Shown here piece after piece: positions 1 through 14,178 of a DNA stretch of 64,000 nucleotides. Origin of the DNA: Eledone cirrhosa. Taxonomy: Eukaryota. The notes under the pieces are model-generated. The model was not told the DNA's origin. It ran no database searches and saw only the letters and a list, made by a program, of their open reading frames with translations. The translations under genes were made by a program, and so were the position numbers. How positions within the stretch are numbered: position 1 is the first letter of the stretch; the number at the start of each line of letters is the position of its first letter. The DNA lies in contig OZ024742.1 of the NCBI GenBank assembly GCA_964016885.1, forward strand, positions 250,542,001-250,606,000, given 5' to 3'.

Positions 1-29
1 TACATATATATAAATATATATTCAGCTTG

Positions 30-77
<48 letters not shown>

Positions 78-84
<7 letters not shown>

Positions 85-430
85 GTGAGGTTTTTTTACA
101 AAATGAAAAATAACCGAGGTGTCCTACACGAGTATAAAGAAGTATAAAGAAAAAAAGATGAAATCGAAAATGCAACTGGAGTCTTATTTTTTTTTAAATA
201 TATATATTTATTGGTTCCTTTACCGGTGCGCAGTTCTTCTGCTTTTAAAAAGTAGAGTTGTGATGGAGGGTCTGTGGTTTTTCTCAGAAGAAAACTACAG
301 ACCCTCCATCTCAACTCTACTTTTGAAAAGCAGAAGAACTGCGAAACCGGTAAAGGAACTAAATAAATATATATATATTTTTTTAAATAAGACTCCAGTT
401 GCATTTTCGATTTCATCCTTTTTTCTTTAT
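78..430. mobile_element. Fold-back element in (TA)n with decayed hammerhead motif (Penelope-like terminus)
   Basis: Arms ~143-284 and ~289-430 are imperfect reverse complements, with an extra tail at 78-142 and (TA)n on both sides. Right arm 320-355 reads ctt-TTGAAAA-gcag aagaa ctgc-GAAA-ccgg-TA-aag, a mutated CTGAAGA core with palindromic ACCGGT stem III. Bases 78-179 recur inverted at 14389-14488. Confidence 0.75.
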
Positions 431-629
431 ATATATATATACATATATATAAGCAAGTGTTGCACCAAGAAAAATATAAACTCCGGTGAGAAAGGAAATT
501 AGAAAGTTATTTGCTTTAACATATGTTTCTCTGACTACAATAATTGTCTACACATGGTGACTACAATATATGTTGTTCAATCGTATACAATAATTAATCA
601 TTTGTCACACTTCTTCAGAAAGCTTATGA

Positions 630-1125
<496 letters not shown>

Positions 1126-2352
1126 TTGTGTGCATCTTGCGCAAGCCTCTGTGTGTGCACGTGTGTATGTGTACAGACACGCATGTACTTGCATATACAT
1201 TCAATATAAACTGTTGTAATTAAATATCTAAATACATATATATACACATATTTATATCTATATAAATATGTGAGAGTTTATATGCACATATGAATAATAT
1301 AAACTCAACAATGCATTTGTTTTGCCTGAACTTTTAACCGTTTCAATACACCGATGTTTTCGGCTCACGAACTGTGGCCATAAACATATATTACTCTTGA
1401 ACTAGCTGTTCCAGTCTCTGGAACTAGATGTTGAAACGGCAGCTGATCAGTCATCTGGATCCAGACTTTTTCATGTTACAATACTCTACAACGCCTAGTA
1501 TCGAGTACTCTGGTGAGTAATGGTCTAAACAATGCGTGTGTATGTATGTGTGTGTAGACGTTTGGTATTGACTAATGCAAGTGTGGGGGCTCAATGGATT
1601 TTAGAGGTTAATGGTTTAAGTTTGGGTCAGTGTCCTGTTAGTTTGACATTTCCGCAGAGGCCACTTTCTTGGTCTTAATAAACTGAGTATTTATGTATGC
1701 AAATATATCTACACCCACTTATGTGTTTCTAAGACAGACAATCAGACATACAAATATATACACATTGAGACAGCTCTGTATTCACAGATACGTACACACA
1801 CACATACACACACAGAGGCACAGCCTCACACACAACCACAGACACCTACATAACGCAACCGATACACATAATCACATGATACTTAGCCACACACATACAA
1901 CACACACAAACACACACAGCATACACCTATTACACACCTACACTACCAAACTCAAACAGATATATAATCACATACGTACATAACCTACCCCACAAGCACA
2001 CAAACACTTATACACACATATACAGACACACATAAACACACTTAGTAGCACTTAAATAAATGTAAACATGTACTTCTAGAAACATCTATTCAGGTGTACA
2101 CACACATGCGCTCGCACCCGTATTCCACCCTGATATGCCAATGCAAAGACATGAGTAAGGAGGGTGTGCACATGTCTATACACAGCAATCAATTCTTGTT
2201 CCCTATATATAAGTTAAGGTTTGTATTTTTACTTCAATAATTAAACTTGGAATGTTGATTCGTTGTTGGGCCTCTTATGTGACAGCCTTATCAGAGCAAC
2301 ACTTAACGGGGTACAAAGTCTAACTCATCATGCATTCACATCTGTATGTATG

Positions 2353-2481
<129 letters not shown>

Positions 2482-2556
2482 ATGTGTGTTGTTGTTGTCG
2501 TTTGTGTATGAGGATTTTTCTCATCCGACTCGTGTTTCACGCCAGTGCGCCCCTTC

Positions 2557-2613
<57 letters not shown>

Positions 2614-2615
2614 GA

Positions 2616-2727
2616 AACGAGTAGGACCCCGACGGCTGAGCTCAAGCCGTGTTGACGCTAATTCTGGACTAAAACCAGAATTAGCCGTCGAAACGACTTG
2701 AGCTCAGCCGTCGGGGTCCTACTCGTT
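2616..2727. mobile_element. Short fold-back next to (TA)n with the 3' half of a hammerhead
   Basis: Arms 2616-2667 and 2675-2727, 7 nt loop. The consensus of the two arms reads GAAA-CGGCT-tgagctc-AGCCG-TC (stem III plus GUC site); the CTGANGA half is missing. A related sequence lies at ~14975-15025. Confidence 0.65.
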
Positions 2728-2924
2728 CCTATTACCCACTCTACTATCCTAAGTATGTATGTATGCATGTATGTATGCATGTATGTATGCATACATGTAT
2801 GTATGCATATATGTATGTATGCATGCATGGCATGTATGTATGTATTCATGTATGTATGCATGTATGTATGCATGCATGTATGTATGCATGTATCTTCTTC
2901 TGATTTTATTATTTCATAAATTAT

Positions 2925-3146
2925 AGGGTGATCGATTGGCAGAATCCTTAGAGCATCGGGGAAATAGTTAGCAGCTTTTATTCCGGATCTTTACGTCTTG
3001 AGTTCAAACGCTGCCAATGTCTACTTTCTACTTCGCCTTACATCCTTTCGGAGTCTATTAAATAAAATACCAATCAGTTAATGGGATCGATTTAATCGAC
3101 TTTTCCCGTCCCACAAGTTGTTGGCCTTGCACCTAAATCATAAACC
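2925..3146 (+). mobile_element. tRNA-derived SINE with 15 bp target-site duplication
   Basis: A-box-like TGGCAGAATCC, B-box-like GAGTTCAAAC, core CATCCTTTCGGAGTC. ATTATTTCATAAATT flanks it at 2908-2922 and 3147-3161. Confidence 0.8.
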
Positions 3147-3451
3147 ATTATTTCATAAATTTTCACCAATACAGTCGGTTTCTAACACAGACACAAGGCT
3201 CTGTCATTGGAATTTAGACATCAAGTAGTTAAATGCGTATATGTTTTTGTATGTGTCCGTGTGCTTGTATATGTGTGTGCGCGCAAGTATTGATGTTATC
3301 TCATGTGTGGGTCTGCATATTTTGAATTATGTGTGTACACGCGCATATGTTGTTATGCCTATATATGAGCATATGCTGTAATTACATGCAGAATTTCTGA
3401 AAAAAATGTTTGTACATATGTATGGATGTTTGAACGTGCATATGAATGATA

Positions 3452-3482
<31 letters not shown>

Positions 3483-3736
3483 TTGTGTATGTGTGTGTAT
3501 GTGTGTGTGTGTGCAGGTGTGTAGAAATACATAGAGAGAAAGATGTGTATATATGTATATATGTGTGTGTGTGAATGTGTGTATTTGTGTACTTGTGTAT
3601 GTTGTACTCTTCCATAGACATTTTACCAACCAGGCAACCAACATACGATGTCAATTGGGGGAAAGATAATATATGCCAGCACTTAATCAAAAAGATAATT
3701 TGCTACTACAACTACTATTGATAATAATAATAATGA

Positions 3737-3962
3737 TTTCTACTTTAAGCACAAGGCCAGCAATTTCAAGGGGAAGCGTGGTCGATTATATCGACCCCAT
3801 CGCATTACCGGTACTTTATGTTATCGACCCTTTACATTGTTTTATCGACCCTCTAAGGACGAAAGGCAAGGTTAACCTAAGAGTCATTTTGAATTTAAAA
3901 CACAAAGAGCCGGAATAAACACCGCAAATATATTTGTCCGACGCTTTAATGGTTATGCCAAT
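3737..3962 (-). mobile_element. tRNA-derived SINE, same family
   Basis: TTTCTACTTTAAGCACAAGGCCAGCAATTT...ATCGACCC...GAAAGGCAAGGTTAACC matches the reverse complement of the copies at 62.2-62.8 kb; tail abuts (ATA)n. Confidence 0.8.
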
Positions 3963-4123
3963 TTACAGATAATGATGATCGTGATCATGTTGATGATGGT
4001 GATAGAAACTCTTGGCAGATGTGGAAGAATCCTGAACCCAGTCCCCCGCCTACCTTTCACCCCCCATCTCTGTAATACTCAAGAAATATCCGTCCTCTAC
4101 AGATGCCATTGCAATAATATACT

Positions 4124-4262
4124 GGATTGGCAGTATCGGTAGAGCGTCGGACGTCATGCTTTGCAGAATAGAGTTACGGCCCTTTATGATCTGAGTTCAA
4201 ATTCCGCCGAGGTGAACTTTCCCCTACCAAAAAATTGCTGGCCTTGTGCCTAAATCAGAAGC
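4124..4262 (+). mobile_element. tRNA-derived SINE, internally deleted
   Basis: GGATTGGCAGTATCGGTAGAGCGTCGGAC...GAGTTCAAATTCCGCCGAGG...TTGCTGGCCTTGTGCCTAAA. Confidence 0.8.
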
Positions 4263-4349
4263 CAATAATATACAGAAACAATAAAAACAAGCAAACACAC
4301 ACATATAGTACATGTGTGAGTATGCGTGTATGTATGTGTGTATGTATAT

Positions 4350-5635
4350 ATGTGTGTCAGGTCACCAGTTGATGCTACTGGTAACATGTATCCCAGTACA
4401 ACCTGCCTCATGGTCGGGTCGTTGGCGACTAAACTGGCAACCCCACCAAGCTTTCTTGGTGAGGAGGGTGACTTCGGACATCCTGCAGGACTAAAAACAA
4501 AACCTGTCAAAGGGCAAAGCAGCTCTTAAGAGTCAATGGCCATCCAAAATCACCGGGAGAGATGACCCCTTAGCCTTTGTCAAGGCAGAATTCTAGGAGA
4601 AGGAAAACTCTGATATAACACCTGCAACCCTGATGGTATCCAATGATATTGACTTGTTATTCTTTTCGGTAAATATCATCTTGGTTAAGAGAGTGGGACT
4701 GGCTTTGTGCAGTGCCTTTGCTCACTATAAAAGCTTCACGGCAGAGGCATTGCTTTATATCTGGAGATATCTCTGCACTTGTCGTCACATGGTACCATGG
4801 GCCCAGCACTATGTGTCAGTAATTGTCACAAGTGTAGTGTTTGTACCAGAGTTTTCAAGTCGGTGGCTGGACTAAAAAGTCACACTCGTTCAGCGCATCG
4901 GTAGGGGTTCTCCTACATGGATATAAAGTAGTGGCCGTACTCGAAAACGAGTTGGCAGCCACCATATATGTGTGTATGTATGTATGTATGTATATATGTG
5001 TGTATGTATGTATGCATATATGTATGTCAGGTCACCAGTTGGTGCTACTGGTAACATGTATCCCAGTACAACCTGCCTCATGGTCGGGTCCTTGGCGACT
5101 AAACTGGCAACCCCACCAAGCTTTCTTGGTGAGGAGGGAGACTTCGGACATCCTGCAGGACTAAAAACAAAACCTGTCAAAGGGCAAAGGAGCTCTTAAG
5201 AGTCAATGGTCATCCAAAATCACCGGGAGAGATGACCCCTTAGCCTTTGTCAAGGCAGAATTCTAGGAGAAGGAAAACTCTGATATAACACCTGCAACCC
5301 TGATGGTATCCAATGATATTGACTTGTTATTCTTTTCGGTAAATATCATCTTGGTTAAGAGAGTGGGACTGGCTTTGTGCAGTGCCTTTGCTCACTATAA
5401 AAGCTTCACGGCACAGGCATTGCTTTATATCTGGAGATCTCTCTGCACTTGTCGTCACATGGTACCATCGGTCCAGCACTATGTGTCAATAATTGTCACA
5501 AGTGTAGTGTTTGTACCAGAGTTTTCAAGTCGCTGGCTGGACTAAAAAGTCACATTCGTTCAGCGCATCGGTAGGGGTTCTCCTACATGGATATAAAGTA
5601 GTGGCCGTACTCGAAAACGAGTTGGCAGCCACCAT
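4350..5635 (+). repeat. Tandem duplication (period 670 bp) of a non-coding interspersed element in (TATG)n
   Basis: Near-identical units offset by 670 bp (ORF starts 4633 vs 5303), each ending GAGTTGGCAGCCACCAT then (TATG)n. A diverged relative lies at ~7290-7935. Confidence 0.9.
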
Positions 5636-6126
5636 GTATATATGTATGTAAGTATGTATGTATGTATGTACTTCTGGTTTTATAATTTCACAAATGTTTA
5701 CTAAGAGAGGGTTGGTTTCTAACATGACACAAGACTCTCTCATTGGAATTTTCACATCAACTAGGTAGATATGTATGCATGCCTGCAAGCATGCATGTGT
5801 AGATATGGATTTTATTGTATGTGTCGATGTGTATGTTTTGAGTTGTATGTGTGCATGTGTATATGCTTTGTATCTGTACATGTGTGTATGTATGTTTGTA
5901 TGTATATATATGTATTTATGTATGCATGTATGTATGTATGTATGCATGTATGTTTGTTTGTATGTATGTATTTTTATGTATGTATGTTTGTATGTATGTT
6001 TGTATGTATGCATGTATGCACGTTTGTGTGTTTGTATGTATGTATATTATCTCTTTCTCTTAATTTCGAGTATATTTTTGACCGGCCACCTTCCTGGTGG
6101 CAAGGTTGTAAAAAAATAAGAAATTG

Positions 6127-6905
6127 TCATCCCTTGAATCCAAAGAATGTTTTGCAAATTTTGAAGGTGCCAGCTATCGCAGCCATTTGTAGACTATGAA
6201 TTAGGGAGCTGCGCTCTTTGTCCGCAAATCCAAATTCAGTTATACATTGGTCCAAGCGGGTTGGTATATAACCCGTAGCTCCAATAATGAAGCTAAAGAT
6301 GTATCTTGGATACTGGATTTGTAAACTCCTCATCAATGGTCCGTAGAAGTCCTCCTTCTCCTGTATTTTTCATCAAGTGGGCAGCTGATCCCCACAACAG
6401 AACACGTTTTCAATGTGTGGTCCCAAACAACAATATCAGGCCGGTTGTGCTTTAATTTGGTGGTAGTTTTTATTTTCAGGTTCCACCAGTATTCCTTAGT
6501 GCCATCTGTCTCAATATATTCTTCCTCGTTTGTTTTTAATTTTGTTTTCCGAAGTTAGTTCCAGATGGTTCTAGTTATCCCATCGTGTCTCATGGGGAGG
6601 TAGTAGCGAGATGACATTCTTTCGCAGCTGGCAACAATGTGGCTTACATCCTCGTTCTTTGTTTTACATAGCCTGCATTTATTGTCAGCTGATGGCCCTC
6701 CTCTTTTGTGCAGCATATATTTGGTAGGGTGTTATTGTTCCTGTATTGCATAAAGATATCCCTCAAGGTGTGATGTCATAAACGTGTGGGAACTCCATGT
6801 CAGGCTTTTTGAGTGGTTTATCCCTCTATTGTCTGTGTTTTACGTCTCAAGTATCCATGCACAAATTTTCTGTAAATTGGTCAATTTTTTCATCTTGTTT
6901 GAACA
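6127..6905 (-). pseudogene. R4/Dong-type (RLE) non-LTR retrotransposon 3' fragment
   Basis: Minus-strand translation gives the CCHC knuckle CRLCKTKNEDVSHIVASC, then YYLPMRHD and KHNRPDIVVWD (PD-(D/E)xK endonuclease). Interrupted by stops/frameshifts. Confidence 0.85.
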
Positions 6906-6909
6906 TTGA

Positions 6910-7272
6910 ATGTATGTATGTTTGTATGTATGTATGTTTGTACGTATGTTTGTATGTATGTATGTTTGTACGTATGTTTGTATGTATGTATGTTTGTACG
7001 TATGTTTGTATGTATGTATGTTTGTACGTATGTTTGTATGTATGTATGTTTGTACGTATGTTTGTATGTATGTATGTTTGTACGTATGTTTGTATGTATG
7101 TATGTTTGTACGTATGTTTGTATGTATGTATGTTTGTACGTATGTTTGTATGTATGTATGTTTGTACGTATGTTTGTATGTATGTATGTTTGTACGTATG
7201 TTTGTATGTATGTATGTTTGTACGTATGTTTGTATGTATGTATGTTTGTACGTATGTTTGTATGTATGTATG
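6910..7272. repeat. 28 bp minisatellite TGTACGTATGTTTGTATGTATGTATGTT, ~13 copies
   Basis: The CGTA marker recurs every 28 bp from 6943 to 7251. Confidence 0.95.
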
Positions 7273-7289
7273 AGGTGGGTTATTTGGGG

Positions 7290-7935
7290 CAACGTGCGGG
7301 GTGAAAAACAAAACCGTCAAAGGGCGGAGGACCTCATATGAGTCAACGCCCATCCAATAAAGTTTTTTTTTTGTGGAGTGAGACTCCTAGACTTCTTTAA
7401 GTCATCTTTCTAGGAGAAGGTCACTCTAGTATAAAACCTGCGACTTCGTTTGCATCCTATGATGTAGACCAGTTCTTCTTTTGGGGTAAATGCGTTCGAC
7501 GTTCAGAGAGTGAGATTAGTCCCGTGCAAAGTGTTTCCTACCTTAAAAACGCTTCAAGCACAGGCATCGCTTGATACATGATTTTATTTTTTCGGCGATG
7601 CATGACATTGCTGCCCATAGCCATATTCCTAGCAGGACTAAAAAGTCACGTCTGTGATGCACATACTTAAGTATCAAGCGATGATATTACTCGAAATCTA
7701 GTTGCAACCATCATGTATGTATGTATGTATCCTTGTCGGGTAGCCTTTTCGATGCTCAGAGAGTGGGATTGGTCGAATGCAAGGCCTTTCCCCACTTAAA
7801 AAACATTCAAAACACAGGGATTACATGTTCATGTTATGTTACAGGTTTGAGTGGCTGGCTGGAGCCTAAAAGTGCACCAAACTCTGTAATGTGACAAGCG
7901 ATTGTAATACTTTTAGCAGAGTTTGCAACCATCAT
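7290..7935 (+). mobile_element. Diverged partial copies of the 670 bp element
   Basis: Shares AAAAACAAAACC.GTCAAAGGGC, CTAGGAGAAGG, GAGAGTGGGA, GGACTAAAAAGTCAC and GTTGCAACCATCATG with 4350-5635. Confidence 0.7.
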
Positions 7936-9037
7936 GTGTGTATGTATGTATTTATGTGTATGTATGTATTTGGGTGTATGTATGGTGTATGTATGTATGT
8001 ATATATGTAGGTATGTATGTGTGTGCATGTATGTATGTGTGTATGTATAAAAACAAAAACCTACAGAAGCACAACCAGTCAGCTAGTCAATCTAAACTCG
8101 CCAACATTCCTTCTGTCATATATAGTGGAAGATATCAGTCCTTAGTCTCCTACTTAAGGCTACCACTCATATCTAGATTAGGAAGACAGCTCCACAGCTT
8201 TTTTTTAACTTCCGCATCGTTCGTGAACCCTCACCGCCGCCATTACCTCATACAACCACTACCCCCAACACCACACCCCCATCACTAGACACCACTAGCA
8301 TCATTACCATACGCCGCCATACACCAGATGTGTCATGTTTAACGACGACAATGAGTTAACTGGTGAGTTGGAGTGGTTTCTCCTTGTGTAGCTAGAGATA
8401 AAGAACCAACGTCTGTTGGTTTACCTCGGTTAATACCCACCAATGTCTGCTCTTTCTCACACATACATACAAACTCTCTCACACAACCATGCAAACACTC
8501 ACACGTACACAAAGCATACACAAACTTTAGCATGTACTCACACAAACTCTATCAGACTCTCGCAAACACTCACATGCACACCCGAACACATGAACACTCA
8601 TATTCACACACTCACACACACACATTCATACGCAAGCACTCTTACAAACACGCATTCTAATATATACAATCTCACAAACAAATTCCTCTCTCAAACACTG
8701 TCTCACACACACACACATGCACACACACACACACATAGACACTCACACACATACGCGCGCACACACACACATACAAACACCCTCACAGAGGCATCTAAGC
8801 TCGCCACACTCCTTTACACTACACTATTGTTTTATCTATTGTCATGTCTCTGGTAGATAAGATGTTTGCCCATAACAAACACAAGACGTTCTCTAATGAG
8901 GGTTGTTTTAACAACCCACCAACATGTTTTGACTCCCTAGAGGAAGCCTACATACACACACATATAAACATAGACTTATACACATATATACAGTAATCTA
9001 TATTAGCATAAACACAGACACACATACAGATATACAG

Positions 9038-9081
<44 letters not shown>

Positions 9082-9082
9082 T

Positions 9083-9190
<108 letters not shown>

Positions 9191-9227
9191 AAGAGGGGGT
9201 AGTAGAACATGCACACAGTTAAATAAT

Positions 9228-9331
9228 TGTTTCTACTTTAGGCACAAGGCCAGCAATTACTCAGTGTATTACTGGTACTTTATTTTATCGACCCCGTAAG
9301 GATGAAAGGCAAAGTCAACCTCGGCGGGATT
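9228..9331 (-). mobile_element. 5'-truncated SINE with 18 bp TSD
   Basis: SINE 3' half flanked by TGCACACAGTTAAATAAT at 9210-9227 and 9332-9349. Confidence 0.85.
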
Positions 9332-10254
9332 TGCACACAGTTAAATAATACTTACAACCAATGCCTCGTCACCTCTTCAGCCTCCACTCTGGCAGTGCTT
9401 TGTTGTGCATTGGTGGGTTACTGAACTTATAATACCAGTTTGCACAACAGAAGGAGACTGCTCTACGAACGTGAACCATTCTGTTGGTGTGATACATGTG
9501 AAATGATAACAAAACAAAGGACAGACAGGGAGAATTTACTAGTGTCTTATAACCAAAGGGGAAACATGTGTGAACATTTACATCTAGAATTGAGTGGCCA
9601 ACAAATTGGGCAAGTTAGTAGAGAGTGTGAGAGAGAGGGAGGAGAGAAGGAGAGAGAGAGGGGGCAGGGAGAGAGAGGGAGAGAGAGAAAGAGAGAGAGA
9701 ATTTGAGTGAGTGAGAGAGAGGGAGGGGTACAACTTTTTGAAAGCATATACAATATACTGAAATATTATAAGTATGCATGTGTACTATGGTTATTTTCAG
9801 CAACCATGTAAGAATGTCATGGTTACTGAGATAGCGGTGACATGATCATTCTTTAATATACCTATGGCAAGACTTATGTATGTTTATTATACATAAATAT
9901 GGTGAATATTCTTCTATATAGACCTCTATGAATCACAGTGTCTTACTGCTACTATTCAAACATAAACACACGCACACAGACGCACACATATACATATATA
10001 TATGTATGTGTGTGCGTGTGTGTGTGTAATTATGTGTGTATGTGTGTGTGTGTGTATATAATTATGATGTTGTTCATTAAAAAATGACTTTTACATGTAT
10101 TGTACAGAAATAAAGCATAGATTTTACTGCTATGCATAAATATATTTCATTTAGAAATATATTTTTACATGACTAGTTCTGTCCCTTTCCGTCTGAAAAT
10201 GATGTAGGGATATTATCTAATTCCAGTTAGTTGACGAACAGTGTGGTTTTCAAC

Positions 10255-10580
10255 CTGTTTTTAGAACTGTGGCCCAATTATTCACTCTGCGGCAGGTAAT
10301 CGAGACAATCGGGAGTATTGTTACGAGGCGTATGATTGTTTCGTGGACCTCGAAAAGGCATACTACTGCGTTCCACGGAACTTGTTGTGGAAGGTTCCAC
10401 ATGAGTGTGTGATTGATGGAGAGCTTCTTGTTACTTTCAAGACTATATATATATGAATGCTCTAGTATTTGTGTTATGATAAATGAGCTGAGTGGAAACC
10501 ATTCAATGTGTGTGGTGGATTCCGCCAATGATGTGGATTGTCACATCTGTTCATAAGCTTTATGAACATTATTGATATAC
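10255..10580 (+). pseudogene. Decayed LINE reverse transcriptase fragment (RTE-like)
   Basis: QLFTLRQVIE, CFVDLEKAYYCVPR and GFRQ*CGLSHLF resemble RT motifs FVDLEKAYDxVPR and GxRQGCxLSPxLF. Confidence 0.75.
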
Positions 10581-10899
10581 GCAGCTCGGCTGGAGGTGGC
10601 ATTAAAAGAGACAAATGCTTGCAGACAACATAGTACTACATAAGTTGTTCGAAAGTGATTTCTGGGTAGGTTTGCTGTCGAGTGCTGCACGGTATGGATG
10701 AAAATCAGCCCCATTTTTTTTCTTTTTTTTTTCAAAGACAAGGTAGAACAAAGAAGAAACACAGAATAACAAAAATAGTCATTGAGGACGTCACAGGATG
10801 TGTGATGAAAGAGCTTCGACAAATAACAATTAAACAACAATCCAGTTACTAAATTAATCGATGAATGGATTAGTTACCCAAATAATAATAAACTGGAAT

Positions 10900-11520
10900 G
10901 AAATTTAAATGGTACGAGTGGCACATTGTATCTGAGTGTAAACATTTAGTCCAGACTCATTATAAAGGCTAGAGGCGTGATATAATAGGAAGGGTGATTC
11001 ACTGGCATTTATGAAAACTAAACAATTTACCACATTTTGAGTCGGTAATAGAAAGCGATCAAGTCAAGGTGCTATGGGGTTTCAGGATACATACAGACAA
11101 GAAATTATAACACAATAGGCCTCACCTGGTGGTTTTTGACAAGGAAAAAGTATCGTGGTTGATTGTAGATGCGCCTTTGACACAAGAGTGCAAGAAAAGG
11201 AGGAGAAAATTAACCGATATTAGGATTTAAAGTGGGAATTAAAAGGGATTTGGGACTGTCATGTGATCAAGCTCGTCCCGATTGTCATACGAGCACAGAT
11301 ACTGTCTCAAATAGTCTTCAATGATGGTTAAAGAACATTAGTACAGCCCCCTTTTTTTGGAACACTTAAAAGGGATGCTTGCTGGGAATAGCAAGAATCC
11401 TCCGATACGTCCTGAATATCTGAGGCTGCAGGTAGCAGCTTGATGTTCATTTGAACAAACTTTCCAGTTAAATAACATCAATGACTGAGACTCCAAGAAT
11501 AACAATAATAATAATAATAA
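10900..11520 (+). pseudogene. R4/Dong-type non-LTR 3' fragment ending in (TAA)n
   Basis: KVLWGFRIHTDKKL*HNRPHLVVFDKEK and C-terminal LLGIARILRYVLNI*, short 3' UTR, then (AAT)n; Dong-type elements are known to target (TAA)n. Confidence 0.8.
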
Positions 11521-11853
11521 TTGTTTCTATTATAGGCACGAAGCCAGAAATGTTTGGGGAGGGCAAATTCGACTGAATCGACTCTAGTGCATTACTGGTA
11601 CTTTATTTTATCGACCCCGTAAGGATGAAAGGCAAAGTTTCTCTCGGCGGGATTTGAACTTAGAACATAAAGGGCCGTAACTCTATGGCGCAAAGTATGG
11701 TGTCCGAAGCTCTATAATAATAATTGTTTCTACTTTTGGCACAAGGCCAGCAAATACCCAGTACATTACAGGTACTTTATTTTATCGACCCCATAAGGAT
11801 GAAAGGCAAAGTTAACCTCGACGGGATTTGAACTCAGACCGTAAAGGGACGTA
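11521..11853 (-). mobile_element. Two tandem SINE copies
   Basis: 11521-11713 and 11724-11853 both contain GGTACTTTATTTTATCGACCCC.TAAGGATGAAAGGCAAAG...GGGATTTGAACT (B box on minus strand). Confidence 0.85.
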
Positions 11854-12059
11854 ATGCTACTACTACTAATGTTGCTGCTGCTATAACTACAATAACAAAT
11901 ACCACCATGATCACCAATACTACTACTGTTGTTGCTTTTTTTATTTTTAAGAAAGAAAATATCTCTAGATATTTATAGAACAAACTTTAAACACATACAT
12001 AAAATAGTTGTTTTTGTAGTTGTGATAATGATTTATATGGTTGTTTTGATTGTTGTTCC

Positions 12060-13070
12060 TGTGCGGTGGTGGTATTGGTGGTGGTGGTGGTGGGGGTGGG
12101 GTGGGGGTGGGGGTGGGGGTGTGGTGATGGTGGCGGTGGTGGTGTTGCTGTTGTTGTTGTTGGTGGTGGTGGTGGTGGTGTTGATGGTGTTGATGTTGTT
12201 GTTGTTGGTGGTGGTGGTGGTGGTGTTGATGGTGTGGTTGTTGTTGTTGGTGGTGGTAATGGCGTGGTGGTGGTGGTGGTGGTGGTAGTGATGGTGGTGG
12301 TGGTGGGGTGGTGATGGTGGTGGTGGTGGTAGTGATCGTGGTGGTGATCGTGGTGGTGTTTGTGGTGTTTTGTAATGGTAGTGGTGGTGTTGGTGGTGGT
12401 GGTGGTGTGGTGATGGTTTTTGTGGCGGTGGTGGTTGTGGTGGCGATGGTGGTGGTGGTGATGGCGGTGGTGGTGTAGTGATGGTGGCCTTGGTGGTAGT
12501 GGTGTGGTGGTGGTGGTGGTGTTGATGATGTTGCAGTTGGTGGTGGTAGTGTCAGTGGTGTGGTGGTGGTGGTGGTGATGGTGGTGTTGGTGGTGGAGGT
12601 AGTGGTGTGATGATAGTGGTGGTGGTGATGGTGGCGGTGGTGATGGTGGCGGTGGTTTTGGTGGTGGGTACGAGTGTGGTGATGGTGGGGGGTGGGAGTG
12701 TGATGGCGGTGATGGTGGTGATGGTGGTGGTTGTTGTTTTAATAGCGTTTGTTGTTTTCGTTTTTGATAACGTCCTTGTTGCTCCTTCTGGTTTTGTTGC
12801 AGTTGAGATTTTTGTGGTTGTTGCGGTGTTGTTATTGTTGTTGCTGCTGCTGTTGCTGCTGCTGTTGTTGCTGTTGTTGCTGCTGCTGCTGTTGTTGCTG
12901 GTAGTGTTGAAGTTGCTGTTGTTGCTGCTGCTGTTTCTGCTGCTACTGTTGTTGTGGCTGCTGCTGCTGCTGCGATGTTTTGTTGTCATAGTGTCTGTTG
13001 TGGTTGTTATTGTGCTGTTGTAATTGGTGTCTATGTATTAATGAATGTGCTGTTGTTGTTGATGTTATTG
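12060..13070. repeat. Degenerate (GGT)n/(GTT)n/(GCT)n low-complexity tract
   Basis: Directly visible; includes (GGGGGT)n at ~12091-12120. Confidence 0.9.
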
Positions 13071-13640
13071 TTGTTATCTTGTGTAGCTTTAGTGATAAAG
13101 ATAAGAGAAACTTTATCTTTGGCTACTTCACACTTCCGTTCTGTACTACCTACCCCCCACTTCATACCACCACCACCACCACAATCACTACGATAAACAT
13201 CATTGCCACAATCGCGTCACCGCTATCACCATAACTATCCCCACCATCACCACCAATATCACCTTCAATACTATCAACATCATTTCCACAATCACTATCA
13301 TCTTCACTATCGCAATCAGTATGGTGTAGGTGCTAATGGTGATGGGGTTGGGGGTGGTGGTGTTGATGATGGTGGTTTGGTGGAAAAAATGGCGTGCGTA
13401 AAATAACTTCCTTAAAATAGGATTTCCTTCTGATTTGAATGTAATTCTAAAAGGCTTTTATATCCAGAGATAAGCTTTTGTTTTTATGGCGGCCTTCTCA
13501 AACTTCCGCTCGATTGTCGGCCATGTTTTCAATGTCAGTGTTTATAGAGATGAGAGGAGATGAATAGCCTGTAATAGCCCCGCCTCCACATCCTCCATCC
13601 GACATACAAACATACATACATACGTACATACATACATACA

Positions 13641-13736
<96 letters not shown>

Positions 13737-13738
13737 TG

Positions 13739-13772
<34 letters not shown>

Positions 13773-13868
13773 AATAAATATATAAACATTTAAGAATAAA
13801 TATTTCCTAGTTTTAATGAGTATATTTCCTCGTGCAAGGAAATAGAATTTCAGTGGTAACACACACAA

Positions 13869-14166
<298 letters not shown>

Positions 14167-14178
14167 TATATATATATA

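Noticed and set aside
1335-1470. Possible hammerhead or hairpin (TTCCAG-tct-CTGGAA, GAAACGGC)
   Set aside because: No CTGANGA core in the right position and no convincing stem I.
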